Part shown: positions 1-11,617 of the stretch, one piece after another
Layout of the letters: the number at the start of each line of letters is the position of its first letter
Position numbering within the stretch: the first letter of the stretch is position 1
DNA from: an uncultured Rivularia sp.
Lineage (GTDB): Bacteria; Cyanobacteriota; Cyanobacteriia; Cyanobacteriales; Nostocaceae
DNA length: 64,000 nt
Reading direction: 5' to 3'
Assembly (NCBI GenBank): GCA_963665115.1
Contig: OY762007.1
Location: 4,800,001 to 4,864,000, forward strand
Notes under the pieces: model-generated
What the model was told of the DNA's origin: nothing
The model's database searches: none
Seen by the model: only the letters and a program-made list of their open reading frames with translations
Translations under genes and position numbers: made by a program

Positions 1-3000
1 AATACCTGACGCAGTTTGTTTTCGTCGGTTTGTATATATTGAGGAAGTTCTGGATTTAACTCAAATGTTAACCGTAATTGTTTCGATCTTGCTTTGATAT
101 GCAACATTGATTCGATGCCATCAAGCAGATTGTACAAATCGAAGCTGGTAATATTAAGTTCTGCCATACCTGCTTCAATTTTGGAAATGTCTAAAATATC
201 GTTAATTAAACCTAATAAATGCTGCCCGCTGCGAAGTATGGTATCTAAATATTGTTTTTGCTGAGTTTGTAAATTGCGCTGTCGGTTTAAAATTTGCGTA
301 AAGCCAAGAATTGCATTAAGTGGTGTTCGCAATTCATGAGTCATTCTGGCAAGAAATTCGCTTTTGGCATGATTAGCGGCTTCGGCATTTTGTTTTGCAT
401 AAGTTAACTCTTGACTTTGCCGTTCTAATTTGGTGTTTGCTTGCAGCAAATTAGTAATATCGCTGGAAATACCGCAAACTCCGTAAGCTTCTCCACCAGA
501 ATCTAGTAAAGGAGCTTTGATAGAAAGATAAGTGAATAAGTTTTCTTGAAAAGGAAGGGTTTCGTCAAATTCCAAAGGAGTCTTAGATGCAATAACCTGC
601 TTATCGTTAGCACGTATATTATTGGCTACTTCTTGAGGAAATAATTCATAGTCGGTTTTTCCTAAAATTTGAGATTCTGATAACTGAGTTAAATTTAAAT
701 ACTGCTGATTAACTAATAAATAACGCCCTTCGATATCTTTGACAAAAATTACTGATGCGGTGTTATCTAAAATAGCTCGAAGTTGCTTTTCGTTTTGCTG
801 CAATGCATCGTAAGTTTGGCTGAGTTGTTCTTGAACTTTTTTGATTTCATTGATATCTACAAAAGTTAAAACTAAACCATCGAAACTGCTATCCTCTTGA
901 CGATATGGGAAAATCCGCATTAATAAGTTAACGCCAGTTTTATTTAACTTGACTTCTCGTTCTACCGATTGCTGGTTAGCTATAACTTCTTCTAATAGGG
1001 CAATAAAATTTTCACAGTCCATATTATGGGACAAATGTTCCAAAGGACGATTGATATCTGCTTCTACTAAGTTAATTGCAGCAGTTGCAGCGGGAGTAAA
1101 TTTACGGATTTTTAATTCTCTATCTAAGAAAACAACACCAATATCTGTGGTACGAAGCAAGTTTTCTACATCGCTGTTAAGTTCTGTTAGTTCCAGGATT
1201 TTCGATTGATATTGAGAATTGACGGTATGCAGTTCTTCGTTAACCGAATGCAATTCCTCATTTGTACTTTGCAACTCTTCGTTAGAGGCAATTAATTCTT
1301 CGTTAGTAGCTTGCTGTTCTTCGTTAGTGGTTTCAAGTTCTTCAATCGTGGCTTGCAAGTTCTCGCGGGTTTGCTGAAGTTCGTATTCTAACTCTGTAAT
1401 TCGGTGAGATGCTTCTGCGTCTGCTTCAAAATAATCAGCGTTTGAGTCTTGTTCTATTAAGTGTTTCTCTTGCTTAATCTCGACTCTATAAAAATCTCCG
1501 GATAGCACCTTGCTAGCTTTATAATGGCTAACTTTAAGGCTAACCATAATATTTACGGTTTCTTTTTCTAGCTTAATTCCGGTATAGATAACGGAACGCT
1601 TTTCCCGTTTGGCTCGGTGTAATGCCGTATTTAAAGGTAATTCTAAGGCGGGTACTACTAACTTTATCGCATCTTGAGTCACGCGACCGTAACGAATCTC
1701 TAGTACGTCTGCGGTATTTCCGAATACATGAAGAACTTGATTATCTTTATTTACAATTAAGCAAGTTGAATTATTTTCGGTTAATACCGAATTCAGGGTT
1801 TCTTCGAGCAATGGTAAATCGCGGGTTTTACTTAAATCTTTAGATTTCAGTGGCGGTAGAGAACGTTTGGAATAGCTATCAAAACCTTGGAAACTCAAAG
1901 GTAAGAGGATATCGCGCTGTTTCTGAAATATTTTTAATTTTTTCTCAACTTGTGCAAATTCATCTTCAAAATCTCCGACTGTTTCCGATTCTCCTAAAAA
2001 CAAATAGCCTTTTGTAATTAAAGAAAAGTGGAGATTTCGTAATACCTGCTTCTGCAATTGTGGCTGCATATAAATCAGCACATTGCGACAGCTGATTAAA
2101 TGCATTCGCGTGAAACCTGCGTCTTTCGTGAGATCCTGTGGAGCAAAAATCAGCATCTCCCGCAGTTTCCGCACGACTTCATAGGATTGGTTCCCAGGAA
2201 TAAAATACTTTTCTAAACGTTCATCACTTATATCTTTGGCTATATTTTCCGGATAAACCCCCGCAGCAGCTTTTTCCAAAGCAATTTTATCAATATCTGT
2301 GGCAAATATTTTTACTTTTACCTGTTTTTCTAAATCGGAAATTGCTTCATCAAGCAGTATCGCTAAAGAATAAGCTTCTTCTCCCGTAGCGCAAGCACTA
2401 ATCCAACATCTAATTTCTCCTCCCGGCTTGGTTTCTGCTACCAAAGAAGGAATAATATTATTTTCTATAAATTGCCAAGCTTTCGCATCTCGGAAAAACT
2501 TAGTAACGCTAATCAGCAGATCGTTACAAAGAACTTCTAATTCTTCAGTATCTACCTGCAAGCGCAAAATATAATCATCAATGCTATTGCATTCAGTAAT
2601 CAAACAGCGGCGATGAATCCTTCTTGAAAGTGTAGAAGGTTTGTAATGAGAAAAATTTATATTATTATGGCGGTTAACTATATTAGTAATTTGTTGTAGC
2701 TTAGAAGAATCGAGCAAAAGTGTAGGATGTTCGTTAATTTTTTGGATATCCGCAGGTGATTTGAGATAATTATAAATAGTCTCCGCTAATTCTTGTGGCG
2801 AGCCGATTCTATCTACAAGCCTTGTAGAAATAGCACTCGTTGGCATTCCATCAAACTCAGCAGTCCCCGGATCTTGCGACATGACGATCGCACCTTTTTC
2901 GTTGAGCAAGCGTAAGCCCTCGGAAACCATCGCTACCGCTACCCGAAAGAATCACCCCCACAGAGCGATCGCCAACATCTTCAGCCAAGGATTGCAAAAA

Positions 3001-3369
3001 TATATCTATGGGGAAGTTAGGTTTGGGACGGTTTCTATCCTGCGGTTGAAAGTAGAGTTTTCGTTCTTGTATAACTAAATTTATACCGGGAGGAATCAAA
3101 TAAATGCAATTGGATTCGAGTGCCATCCCATCTTCGACTCGATACACCTTCATTTTGGTATAGCGTTCGAGTAGTTCCTTCATCAAACTCTTGAAATCCG
3201 GCGATAAATGCTGGATAACAACGAAAGCCGCGCCACTATCTAAGGGCATATTTTCAAAAAACTCTTCGAGCGCTCGCAACCCTCCCGCAGAAGCGCCAAT
3301 ACCTACCACAAAAAAGTTTTTACCGACGTTTGCAGTTTCTTGTTGATTTTCGTCAGAGATAGAAGTCAT
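1..3369 (-). pseudogene. CheB methylesterase-CheR methyltransferase-PAS-histidine kinase fusion, paralogue of 3484-7884; apparent +1 frameshift at ~2924; runs off the left edge
   Basis: ORF 2857-3369 has CheB motifs ([17 protein letters not shown]). Removing one A from GGAAACC (2922-2928) restores [29 protein letters not shown], colinear with the paralogue. The window edge reads [19 protein letters not shown], as in the paralogue. Confidence 0.88.
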
Positions 3370-3389
3370 TCGATTTTAGATTAGGAAGA

Positions 3390-3481
3390 AGGAGTTAGGA
3401 GTTAGGAGTTAAGAGTTAAGAGTTGGGAGTTTAAGGATTAGGAGTTAATAATTACCAATTACCAATTACCAATTACCAATT
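3390..3481. repeat. Heptamer tandem repeats (GGAGTTA)n and (ACCAATT)n, STRR-like
   Basis: Directly visible 7-bp tandem units between the two kinase genes. Confidence 0.85.
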
Positions 3482-3483
3482 CT

Positions 3484-6400
3484 CTACCTATCACTTAACT
3501 TAGAAATTCGATCGAATTGATAATTATCTGCTAATTCTTCAAGTTGCAGTTTGAGGCTTTGGTGATGTTCGGGAATTTCAGATAATAGTTGTAAAACTGA
3601 ATCTTGATTGCAGCTAGTTGCTTGCTCGTGAAGAGATTTACACCATTTTTCTGGCATCACTTTTAAAGCTTCACGGGTTAACTTATTTAAACTACTTTGT
3701 TCGGGAGCGATGACGTGATTGTCAGATTCATAAATATATTCAACTTCCAAATATCTAGCTATTTTGTTTAAAAGAATATCTTCCTGAAGTGGTTTGCGGA
3801 TAAAATCATTGCAACCCAATTCCAACATGAATTTTTTATCTTCATTAAATGCGGTTGCAGTTAAGGCAATAATTGCAGGATTGTTTTGATTTTGATTCTC
3901 CAGAATCTTTTGCTTAATAATTTTGGTAGCTTCATAACCATCCATTACCGGCATTCGCATATCCATCAATATCAGATCCGGCTGTTCTGACTCCCACAAT
4001 TTTATTGCATCTTGACCGTTAGTTGCTTCAATAATTTCAAATCCTAACGGTGTAAGAATTTGTAACAATAATTGACGGTTTTCCCAGTTATCTTCAACTA
4101 CGAGAATGCGATTATTTGGTTGATTGGGTTTTAAACTGAGAATGCGTCCTTGAGGAAGAGACTGAGTTGATTCTTGTGGTTGTTCTGCTAAGCCAAGCGA
4201 AATATTAAATTGAACTGTTGTCCCTTCCCCTAAACTGCTTTGAATATCAATATCTCCACCCATTAACTGTACGAAACGCTTACAAATAGCTAACCCCAAA
4301 CCACTTCCATCTTCAGTTTGATAAGTTGGATTGCTTTGTACGAAAGCATCAAAAATATGCTCTAATTCTTCAGGTGCAATGCCTTTTCCGGTATCTTCTA
4401 TTTGGAAATTGAGACGTAAAGATGAGGAATTTTCTACCCTCTCTACTTCCTCTGCTCTCACTCGCAGTACTACGCTACCTGTTTTAGTAAATTTAATTGC
4501 GTTTTCCAACAAGTTTATCAGTACTTGCCGCAATTTGTTTTCATCAGTTTGCACGTACTGGGGAAGTTCTGGATTTAGATCGAATTTTAATTTTAGTTTT
4601 TTGGCTCTGGCTTTGATATGTAACATTGCTTCGATACCGTCAAGCAAGCTATAGAGATCGAAGTTGCTAAAGTTAACTTCTGCCATCCCGGCTTCTATCT
4701 TGGAAATATCTAAGATATCGTTGATTAATTCCAATAAATGCTTGCTGCTGCGAAGAATTGTATCTAAATACTGTTTTTGTTTGTTTTCTAACTTAGGATT
4801 TCTACTTAAGATTTGCGTGAAACCTAAAATCGCATTAAGTGGTGTTCGCAATTCATGAGTCATTCTGGCAAGAAATCCGCTTTTTGCCTGGTTTGCGGCT
4901 TCTGCTATTTCTTTAGCGCGAACAAGTTCGGTATTAGTTTGGTTTAGTTTATTTTGAATAGAGGTTTGTTTGGTTATATCAGTGGAAATACCGCAAACTG
5001 CATAAGGTTTCCCTTGCTCATCGCATAAAGGTGCTTTGATGGAAATATAAGTATGATTTTCGCCGTCAGGTTGGGGAAGTATTTCTTCAAATTCCAAGAC
5101 AGTATTTTCTGCGATAACTCTCCGATCGTTAGCCTGGTATATTTCGTAACTTCCTGCTGCAAACAGTTCGCTGTCAGTTTTACCTAAAATTTGTTCTAAC
5201 AGCAAACCAGTAACTGCACTAAGCTGTTGATTTCCGAGCAGGTAACGTCCTTCAATATCTTTAACGTAAATGACTGATGTAGTATTATCTAAAACTGCCT
5301 GTAGCTGTTGTTCGTTTTTCTCCAATGCATTATAAGTCTGTTGGAGTTCTTCTTGAACTTGTTTAATTTCATCTACATCTACAAAAGTTAACACCACCCC
5401 ATCACAACATTCTTGTTTTTGCCAATAAGGATAAACCCGCATTAACAAATGTCTTCCCGTAGAACTCAATTTCACTTCTCGTTGCTTTGGTTTTTCGGAG
5501 TTGACAACTGAGTCCAACAGTTCCATAAAATCTGCGAAATTGATATTATTAGTAATATGCTGAATCGGACGACCAATATCTGCATCTACTAAATTGATAG
5601 CGACTGTTGCTGCTGGGGTAAATTTACGAATTTTTAAGTCTCTATCTAGAAATACAACCCCAATATCGGTACTTTGCAGCAAATTATCGACATCGGCATT
5701 TAATTCGGTTAATTCGTTAATTTTTGATTGATATTCGGCATTTACAGTAAAAAGTTCTTCGTTTACCGAATGCAGTTCCTCGTTAGTGCTTTGCAATTCC
5801 TCGTTGGAAGCAATTAATTCTTCGTTAGTGGCTTGCTGCTCTTCATTGGTAGTTTCTAATTCTTCAATAGTTGATTGCAAATTCTCGCGGCTTTGCTGCA
5901 ACTCGTATTCTAAATCCAGTATCCGATGGGATACTTCACTATCTGCCTCAAAATGCTTTGCTTCAATAACGGCTTCAAGCTGTGCATCTTCGGAAATTGT
6001 CACCATCAAAAAGTCACCAGCAATTTTACTTGCTTGTTCGTAGCTAACTTTTAGGCTGAGAATGCGTTGTTTATCACCTTCTCCTACTTTTATTCCGGTG
6101 TATGCAACGGCATTCTGTTCTTTTTGAGCGCGTCGCAATGCAGTATTGAGGGGAAGGTGCAGCGGCGGAATAACTAATTTAATTGCTTCTGTAGTAGGAT
6201 GACCTGTAGGGAATTTAAGTACTTGTGCTAAATCCTCAAACATATAAACAACTTGATTATTTTTATCTACCAGCAGACAAGTTGCTTTTTGCTGCCCCAG
6301 TAAGTTATTTAAAGCAGCTTCAAGCATGGGCTGTTTAGTTGACTGGGGCGCTTGCTTGGCAGGAGGCTGCAATAACAGATGTTTGGAAAAGTTTTCTACA

Positions 6401-7884
6401 CCTCTTACGGGTAAAGGCAGCCGCGAATCTCTAGCTTTTTGATAAATCTTATGTTTTTTCTCAACCGGAACAAGTTCATCTTCAAAATATGCAACCGTCT
6501 CTGCTTCTCCCAGCAATAAAATACCTTTTGGTACCAAGGAAAAATGAAAGTTGCGTAATACTTGCTGCTGTAGCTGCGGCTGCATATAAATCAGCACGTT
6601 GCGGCAAGTAATCAGATGCATCCGAGTAAAGTTAGCATCTTTTGTCAAGTTGTGAGGTGCGAAAATTAACTTTTCTCGCAGTTCCTTCGACACTTGAAAA
6701 CTCTGTTCTTGACGAATAAAATATCGTTCCAAACGCTCGGGATTGAGATCCTTGGCAATACTTTCTGGGTAAATTCCGATCGCTGCTTTTTCTAAAGCGA
6801 TTCTATCGATATCTGTAGCAAAAATTTTGACTTTGAGTTGTTTATCTGAATCGGCAATAGCTTCATCGATCAAAATCGCTAGAGTGTAGGCTTCTTCTCC
6901 TGTCGCGCAGGCACTCACCCAACACCTCAGTTCTCCTCCCCACTCAATTTTTTCTATGATTTGGGGAATGACATTTGTTTCTAAATATTCCCAAGCCCCG
7001 GAATCTCTGAAAAATTTTGTCACGCTAATCAGCAAATCTTGACAAAGAATTTCTCTTTCTTTACGCTCGATTTGCAAGCGCCCAATATAATCATCAATAT
7101 TTTGATATCCGGTAATCAAACAGCGGCGATGAATCCGTCTCGAAAGAGTCGAAGGCTTGTAATGAGCAAAATTAATATGTTGATGGCGGTTGAGAATGTT
7201 AGTAATTTGTCCCAATCTAAAAGAATCTAACGCCAGCTTGGAACGCGGTTCGTTATTTTTTTCTTCATTGGCAGGTGCTTTGACAAAATCATAAATAACT
7301 TCTGCCAACTCAAGAGGCGAACCGATACTATCTACAATACGGGTGGCGATCGCACTTTGTGGCATTCCGTCAAACTCAGCCGTAGCCGGATCTTGCACCA
7401 TGCCAATCCCACCAGATTCGTTGAGCATCCGCAAACCTTCCGAACCATCGCTACCAGTTCCCGAAAGCACCACGGCAATAGAGCGATCGCCAGCGTCTTC
7501 ACCTAAAGACTGTAAAAATATATCAATCGGAAAATTAGGTCCAGGACGTTCTCGATCTTGACGCTGTAGCTGCAAGCGGCGATTTCTGACTTCTAAATTT
7601 TGACCGGGAGGAATCAAATAAACGCAATTGGGCTTGATTTCCATCCCATCTTCTACCCGAAAAATCTCCATCCTCGTAGTTCGTCCCAGCAATTCCTTCA
7701 TCAGACTTTTGAAATCTGGCGATAAATGCTGAACGACAACAAACGCAGCCCCGCTATCGGCAGGCATATTAGCAAAGAATTCTTCCAAAGCACGCAGCCC
7801 CCCGGCTGAAGCACCAATTCCTACAACAAAAAAGTCATAGTTTTCTTTGCGATCGGTTTGTAGATTTTCGGAGGTAGAAGTCAT
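3484..7884 (-). CDS. CheB/CheR fusion hybrid sensor kinase (CheB-CheR-coiled coil-PAS-PAS-HisKA-HATPase-receiver)
   Basis: GASAGG and QHL (CheB); [12 protein letters not shown] and CRNVLIY (CheR); [17 protein letters not shown] coiled coil; [15 protein letters not shown]-box; N and G boxes; LILMDMRMP receiver. Confidence 0.93.
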   Translation of the reverse strand: MTSTSENLQTDRKENYDFFVVGIGASAGGLRALEEFFANMPADSGAAFVVVQHLSPDFKSLMKELLGRTTRMEIFRVEDGMEIKPNCVYLIPPGQNLEVRNRRLQLQRQDRERPGPNFPIDIFLQSLGEDAGDRSIAVVLSGTGSDGSEGLRMLNESGGIGMVQDPATAEFDGMPQSAIATRIVDSIGSPLELAEVIYDFVKAPANEEKNNEPRSKLALDSFRLGQITNILNRHQHINFAHYKPSTLSRRIHRRCLITGYQNIDDYIGRLQIERKEREILCQDLLISVTKFFRDSGAWEYLETNVIPQIIEKIEWGGELRCWVSACATGEEAYTLAILIDEAIADSDKQLKVKIFATDIDRIALEKAAIGIYPESIAKDLNPERLERYFIRQEQSFQVSKELREKLIFAPHNLTKDANFTRMHLITCRNVLIYMQPQLQQQVLRNFHFSLVPKGILLLGEAETVAYFEDELVPVEKKHKIYQKARDSRLPLPVRGVENFSKHLLLQPPAKQAPQSTKQPMLEAALNNLLGQQKATCLLVDKNNQVVYMFEDLAQVLKFPTGHPTTEAIKLVIPPLHLPLNTALRRAQKEQNAVAYTGIKVGEGDKQRILSLKVSYEQASKIAGDFLMVTISEDAQLEAVIEAKHFEADSEVSHRILDLEYELQQSRENLQSTIEELETTNEEQQATNEELIASNEELQSTNEELHSVNEELFTVNAEYQSKINELTELNADVDNLLQSTDIGVVFLDRDLKIRKFTPAATVAINLVDADIGRPIQHITNNINFADFMELLDSVVNSEKPKQREVKLSSTGRHLLMRVYPYWQKQECCDGVVLTFVDVDEIKQVQEELQQTYNALEKNEQQLQAVLDNTTSVIYVKDIEGRYLLGNQQLSAVTGLLLEQILGKTDSELFAAGSYEIYQANDRRVIAENTVLEFEEILPQPDGENHTYISIKAPLCDEQGKPYAVCGISTDITKQTSIQNKLNQTNTELVRAKEIAEAANQAKSGFLARMTHELRTPLNAILGFTQILSRNPKLENKQKQYLDTILRSSKHLLELINDILDISKIEAGMAEVNFSNFDLYSLLDGIEAMLHIKARAKKLKLKFDLNPELPQYVQTDENKLRQVLINLLENAIKFTKTGSVVLRVRAEEVERVENSSSLRLNFQIEDTGKGIAPEELEHIFDAFVQSNPTYQTEDGSGLGLAICKRFVQLMGGDIDIQSSLGEGTTVQFNISLGLAEQPQESTQSLPQGRILSLKPNQPNNRILVVEDNWENRQLLLQILTPLGFEIIEATNGQDAIKLWESEQPDLILMDMRMPVMDGYEATKIIKQKILENQNQNNPAIIALTATAFNEDKKFMLELGCNDFIRKPLQEDILLNKIARYLEVEYIYESDNHVIAPEQSSLNKLTREALKVMPEKWCKSLHEQATSCNQDSVLQLLSEIPEHHQSLKLQLEELADNYQFDRISKLSDR

Positions 7885-8153
7885 GAGATATTTGACTACG
7901 GATTAATGTGCTATTGTGATTTTCTAGTATGGGGTCTAAATATAGGATAATTGCTTGAATCATTGAAAAAATCAAGTATTAAATAGTCCTTTAAATCGTA
8001 AAGTATCTAATTAGAACTTCAACAAAATTAATTGACTGCCTATGCCATTACAAATACAACTATAGCCAAACAGTAAAAAATAATCTTGTATAATAGTTTA
8101 CTTGCAAATCCTCTTGTTTTATAATCTTGCTTTCTTGAAGAGACATTTTATTG

Positions 8154-9027
8154 CTAAACGGTTTCCATCCAGTCAATGCACTTTTTTAATTCTTGTTGCA
8201 TAGTCTTGACATCAGCATGATATCTACGACCGTGACCTGGTAAAACCCATTCAAAAGAATAATTTGTTAATTTTGGCATTGATTTTTTTAACTCATCCCA
8301 AGAGTACCAGCAGAAATTTCGGAAAGCCACCAGTTGTTTTAATCGATCGGACCAGGGCCAGATGGTCGCCAGCAAACAAAAACTTATCTTTATAGAGTAA
8401 AACAGTGTGCGCCTTAGTATGTCCGGGAACAGTAATAATTAACAATTCTGGAGTTAACTCAAAAGGCTCCTCACCGCTTAACTGAATTTCCACATCGCGA
8501 GTATTTGAACTAATTTCCTCTTCATGAAGAATGCGATCGCAACCAAAATGCTCGGCAAACTTTTGATGATCGGCAACATCATCTCGATGAGTCAGATACA
8601 TATACCGAACTCCGCCCATTTTTTCCAAACGCTTCACCAAAGGCGGTGTAAATCGAGGAGAATCAACTAAGATATTGCCGCCCGGTAGCTGAATAAAATA
8701 ACTCCCAGCACCAAAAGACTTTTCCGAATGGTAGCCGCAATGATAGACATTTTCATCTACTAAAATCGGAAAACTGGATTGAGCATCTTTAATATCCTGC
8801 GGTTTTTCAACAGTACCAATAGAAGCCGTAGGGCAAGATAACAAAGCTTGAAGCGCGGCTAATCTTTGCTTTTCGTCAGTTGGTTGGTGGTGTACCGCTG
8901 ACATTCCAACTTCCCGAGTAAACACCTCCGGAGTCATCCAGCGACAGGTATCGCAATCAATGCAAGTAGTATCAACATAAAAATCGCCGCTAACATTTTC
9001 AGTCCGACGCAGATTTACAGTAGCCAT
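8154..9027 (-). pseudogene. Ferredoxin-domain / MBL-fold metallo-hydrolase; apparent +1 frameshift at ~8355-8357
   Basis: CIDCDTC...C ferredoxin motif, THRDDVADH, PGHT and GDH in ORF 8293-9027. Deleting one base of the GGG run joins GDHLA to WSDRLKQL...VLPGHG in ORF 8154-8375. Confidence 0.85.
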
Positions 9028-9162
9028 GTTAAACCTCTTTCAACCGGGTTTCGGATAAAGGTAATTCACCTTTATATAACTAAGGTAGCAAAATTGAAAA
9101 CATATTTTCATAAGCATATAACAGCTTAAAAAAATACTATCTTTTATAAAAAATAAATGGCA

Positions 9163-9405
9163 TTAGGCAACCTCTTTTATCGAATTTAAATCAATACCAT
9201 CAAGTACTGGCAAAGTATGACCATTACGCAATCCTAAAATTATCCAACCTTCTAAAGCATCTTGCAATTCTTCTCTACAAGCCTCTAATGTAGAAGCATT
9301 AGCCCAGACTCCTTGACATTCAGCAATTTCGCTATAAAAAGTTTCATCTTCAAGCAACTCGTAGGTTGCTTTACGCATTGCTCTAGAAATATATTCTGCT
9401 AACAT
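9163..9405 (-). CDS. hicB: HicB-family antitoxin (short form), apparently orphan
   Basis: 80 aa; MLAEYISRAM...GVWANASTLEACREELQDALEGWI...LPVLDG fits the cyanobacterial HicB pattern. Confidence 0.8.
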   Translation of the reverse strand: MLAEYISRAMRKATYELLEDETFYSEIAECQGVWANASTLEACREELQDALEGWIILGLRNGHTLPVLDGIDLNSIKEVA

Positions 9406-9885
9406 AAAGTGCCACAGCCTTTGAATTTATTTGCTTACAAGCTTACAAGCTGACAAAATTTAATCGCGATCGCCATATCTTCTTATGATAAGCAGTTTTT
9501 CAACTGAAGCTGTTTGTTGGGTTGCGATCTAGATACTATCGTGGTTCTTGTGGAGAAAACAGATGGTTAAGCTCTTACGCAATTAATTTGTATAGTACCC
9601 TTCGTGCAAGATGCATCTCCTGACAGACACGCTGAGCCGCACTATCTCTAAGCCGCAGCTCCGCTGAACGACACATCTATGTCCTTCGGACACGCTTCGC
9701 TAACGATAAACGTGAACGTTAACGCACTACGAGAATTAATCGGAATAACTACGTGAGAAGATCCGTCACTCAAACTGATTTGTGATTACATTTTGCAATA
9801 TAGTTGTAGTATGATTTTGATAAACAGGTAACTAAAAATGCTATTACCCAATTACAAACCTTTCATACCACCTTTTTATTAGCTG

Positions 9886-10518
9886 ATGCAACCCAGTTAT
9901 AAAGGTACATTTGAAGCGCATATCACCGTAAAAGCAAGTAATTTAGCCGTAAAGGAAAAATTTAACTTACTTTGCCAAAACTTAAACATTAAATGCGTAT
10001 TAATCGAGCTAGCTGAAGGTGTAACTCGTTCTCAACCGATGACAGCATCTTATCATCATGGCGCTCTCTCAGACGTACTACAACAAATAAATCAAATAGC
10101 TCAAAAAATAGTTAATGCAGATTTCAAAATTACTCGCATCAAAATTGAAGCGATGGTAAGCAATCGAGATATCCCTATTTCAGATATTGAAGCGCAGCGG
10201 CTACCAAAAAGTAATTATTTCGAGTTTCATGTCAAAGCGATTTTGTCAGCTTCGGAAAATTTAGAAATATTGAAAAAGTATTGTTTGCAGCATGATGCTC
10301 ATCTATCAGCAAATGCTTTTAAGATAGTTGACGGAAAACAGCAGCAATTTATCACTATGCGAGTTTATGGTATGGGATATGAATCTGCTCAACAACGCTT
10401 TGATAATTTATTAAAACTGCTTAAATCAAAAAAATTCAAATTGTCTCAGCAACAGCGAGAATATGCAGTCTATGACAGCAACTTAAACTTAGATGCTGGA
10501 TGGATTAATCAATTTTAA
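9886..10518 (+). CDS. Uncharacterised protein with two similar lobes (FEAHITV...RIKIE / YFEFHVK...REYAVYDSN)
   Basis: Clean 210-aa ORF, same strand and directly upstream of the AbiEii-like gene; no function recognised. Confidence 0.75.
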   Translation: MQPSYKGTFEAHITVKASNLAVKEKFNLLCQNLNIKCVLIELAEGVTRSQPMTASYHHGALSDVLQQINQIAQKIVNADFKITRIKIEAMVSNRDIPISDIEAQRLPKSNYFEFHVKAILSASENLEILKKYCLQHDAHLSANAFKIVDGKQQQFITMRVYGMGYESAQQRFDNLLKLLKSKKFKLSQQQREYAVYDSNLNLDAGWINQF

Positions 10519-10575
10519 GGTTCGGAGTAAGCACTTTAGTCCTAAGATTAAGAGCTAAAGCTCTTACTACGAACC
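10519..10575. repeat. REP-like small dispersed palindrome (GTAGTAAG...CTTACTAC family); other copies at 11492-11547, 18171-18225, 27236-27290, partial at ~37171 and ~40148
   Basis: Inverted termini GTT(C/T)GTAGTA / ACTACGA(A/G)C enclosing two small GCTTTAGC-type hairpins, recurring in the window. Confidence 0.75.
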
Positions 10576-10623
10576 TTAACTTAATGAAAGAATGTTAGAT
10601 ATTTATTTTTAATATGAATCAAT

Positions 10624-11475
10624 ATGAAAGAAATAAAAACACATTTATTAAAAATAGCTAATAATACAAATCGTTCTTTAGAAGAAATATTAACTTACCA
10701 CTTACTTGAAAGCGTTCTACGTCGAGTTTCCAATTCAATTTATGTAGATGAATTAGTGTTGCGCGGCGGAATGCTTACCAGACTTTGGGTTCCAGCGGAA
10801 AGAAGAATTGCTGAAGATGTTGATTTTCTAGGTTTGTATGATTTTGATATTGAAAATACGAGAGAAAAATTTAGGAATATATTAAAAAATACAAATAAAA
10901 ATACGAACTTTGCAGATGAAGTTACATTCGATCTTGACTCCTTGGAAGTAACGGGAATTTGGTTAGAAAGCGAATTTCCTGGAGCGCGAGTTAATATTGA
11001 TGCTGCATTTGCAGACTATCAAAAAAATATTCAAATAGACGTTGGTTTCGGAGATCCAATAGTTCCAGCAGCACAATGGATTGATTATCCAATGTTGACT
11101 ACAGAAAAAGTTAAATTGCAGGCAGCAACCGCAGAAACCATGTTAGGTTGGAAGCTACATGGCTTGGTAGAACAGGGATTCAAACGCTGGCGACCTAAAG
11201 ATTTATACGATTTAATGCTGTTTACTTCATATATAGAATTAGATGAAACAAAAGTTCGAGCAGCTATTTCTACGGCTTTTAGCAGTCGCAATACAACTTT
11301 AGAAGAAATTTATTATATTTTATCGACACCAGAATGGTGGGATAGAAGTAAAAATCGCGGTAAATGGAAATGGTATATTCGCCGCAAACCAGAACAAAAG
11401 ATGCCGGAATTTCTTTCAATTGTGGCGATGGTGACGCAAAGATGGGAAGGTACGGTGAAAGATATTTTAGATTAG
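10624..11475 (+). CDS. AbiEii/AbiGii-family nucleotidyltransferase (type IV TA toxin-like)
   Basis: LVLRGG, R-x-x-x-DVDF, IQIDVGFGDP, WKLHG and RPKDLYDL match AbiEii/DUF1814 motifs. Confidence 0.85.
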   Translation: MKEIKTHLLKIANNTNRSLEEILTYHLLESVLRRVSNSIYVDELVLRGGMLTRLWVPAERRIAEDVDFLGLYDFDIENTREKFRNILKNTNKNTNFADEVTFDLDSLEVTGIWLESEFPGARVNIDAAFADYQKNIQIDVGFGDPIVPAAQWIDYPMLTTEKVKLQAATAETMLGWKLHGLVEQGFKRWRPKDLYDLMLFTSYIELDETKVRAAISTAFSSRNTTLEEIYYILSTPEWWDRSKNRGKWKWYIRRKPEQKMPEFLSIVAMVTQRWEGTVKDILD

Positions 11476-11491
11476 ATTTTAGATTTTTTAA

Positions 11492-11547
11492 GTTTGTAGT
11501 AGGGGCTTTAGCACTTCCATGTGAGGGCTAAAGCCCCTACTACGAGC
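11492..11547. repeat. REP-like small dispersed palindrome, same family as 10519-10575
   Basis: GTAGTAGGGGCTTTAGC...GCTAAAGCCCCTACTAC inverted arms. Confidence 0.75.
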
Positions 11548-11617
11548 AAAAATCTCCTACGCAAAAAACCGGACTTGCTAACAAGCCCGGTTTCTAAAGT
11601 TTAAACTCAACTAACCC

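Noticed and set aside
949..7561. Short plus-strand ORFs (949, 1622, 2881, 4331, 4664, 5786, 7039, 7343)
   Set aside because: Antisense shadows of the CheB/CheR kinase genes.
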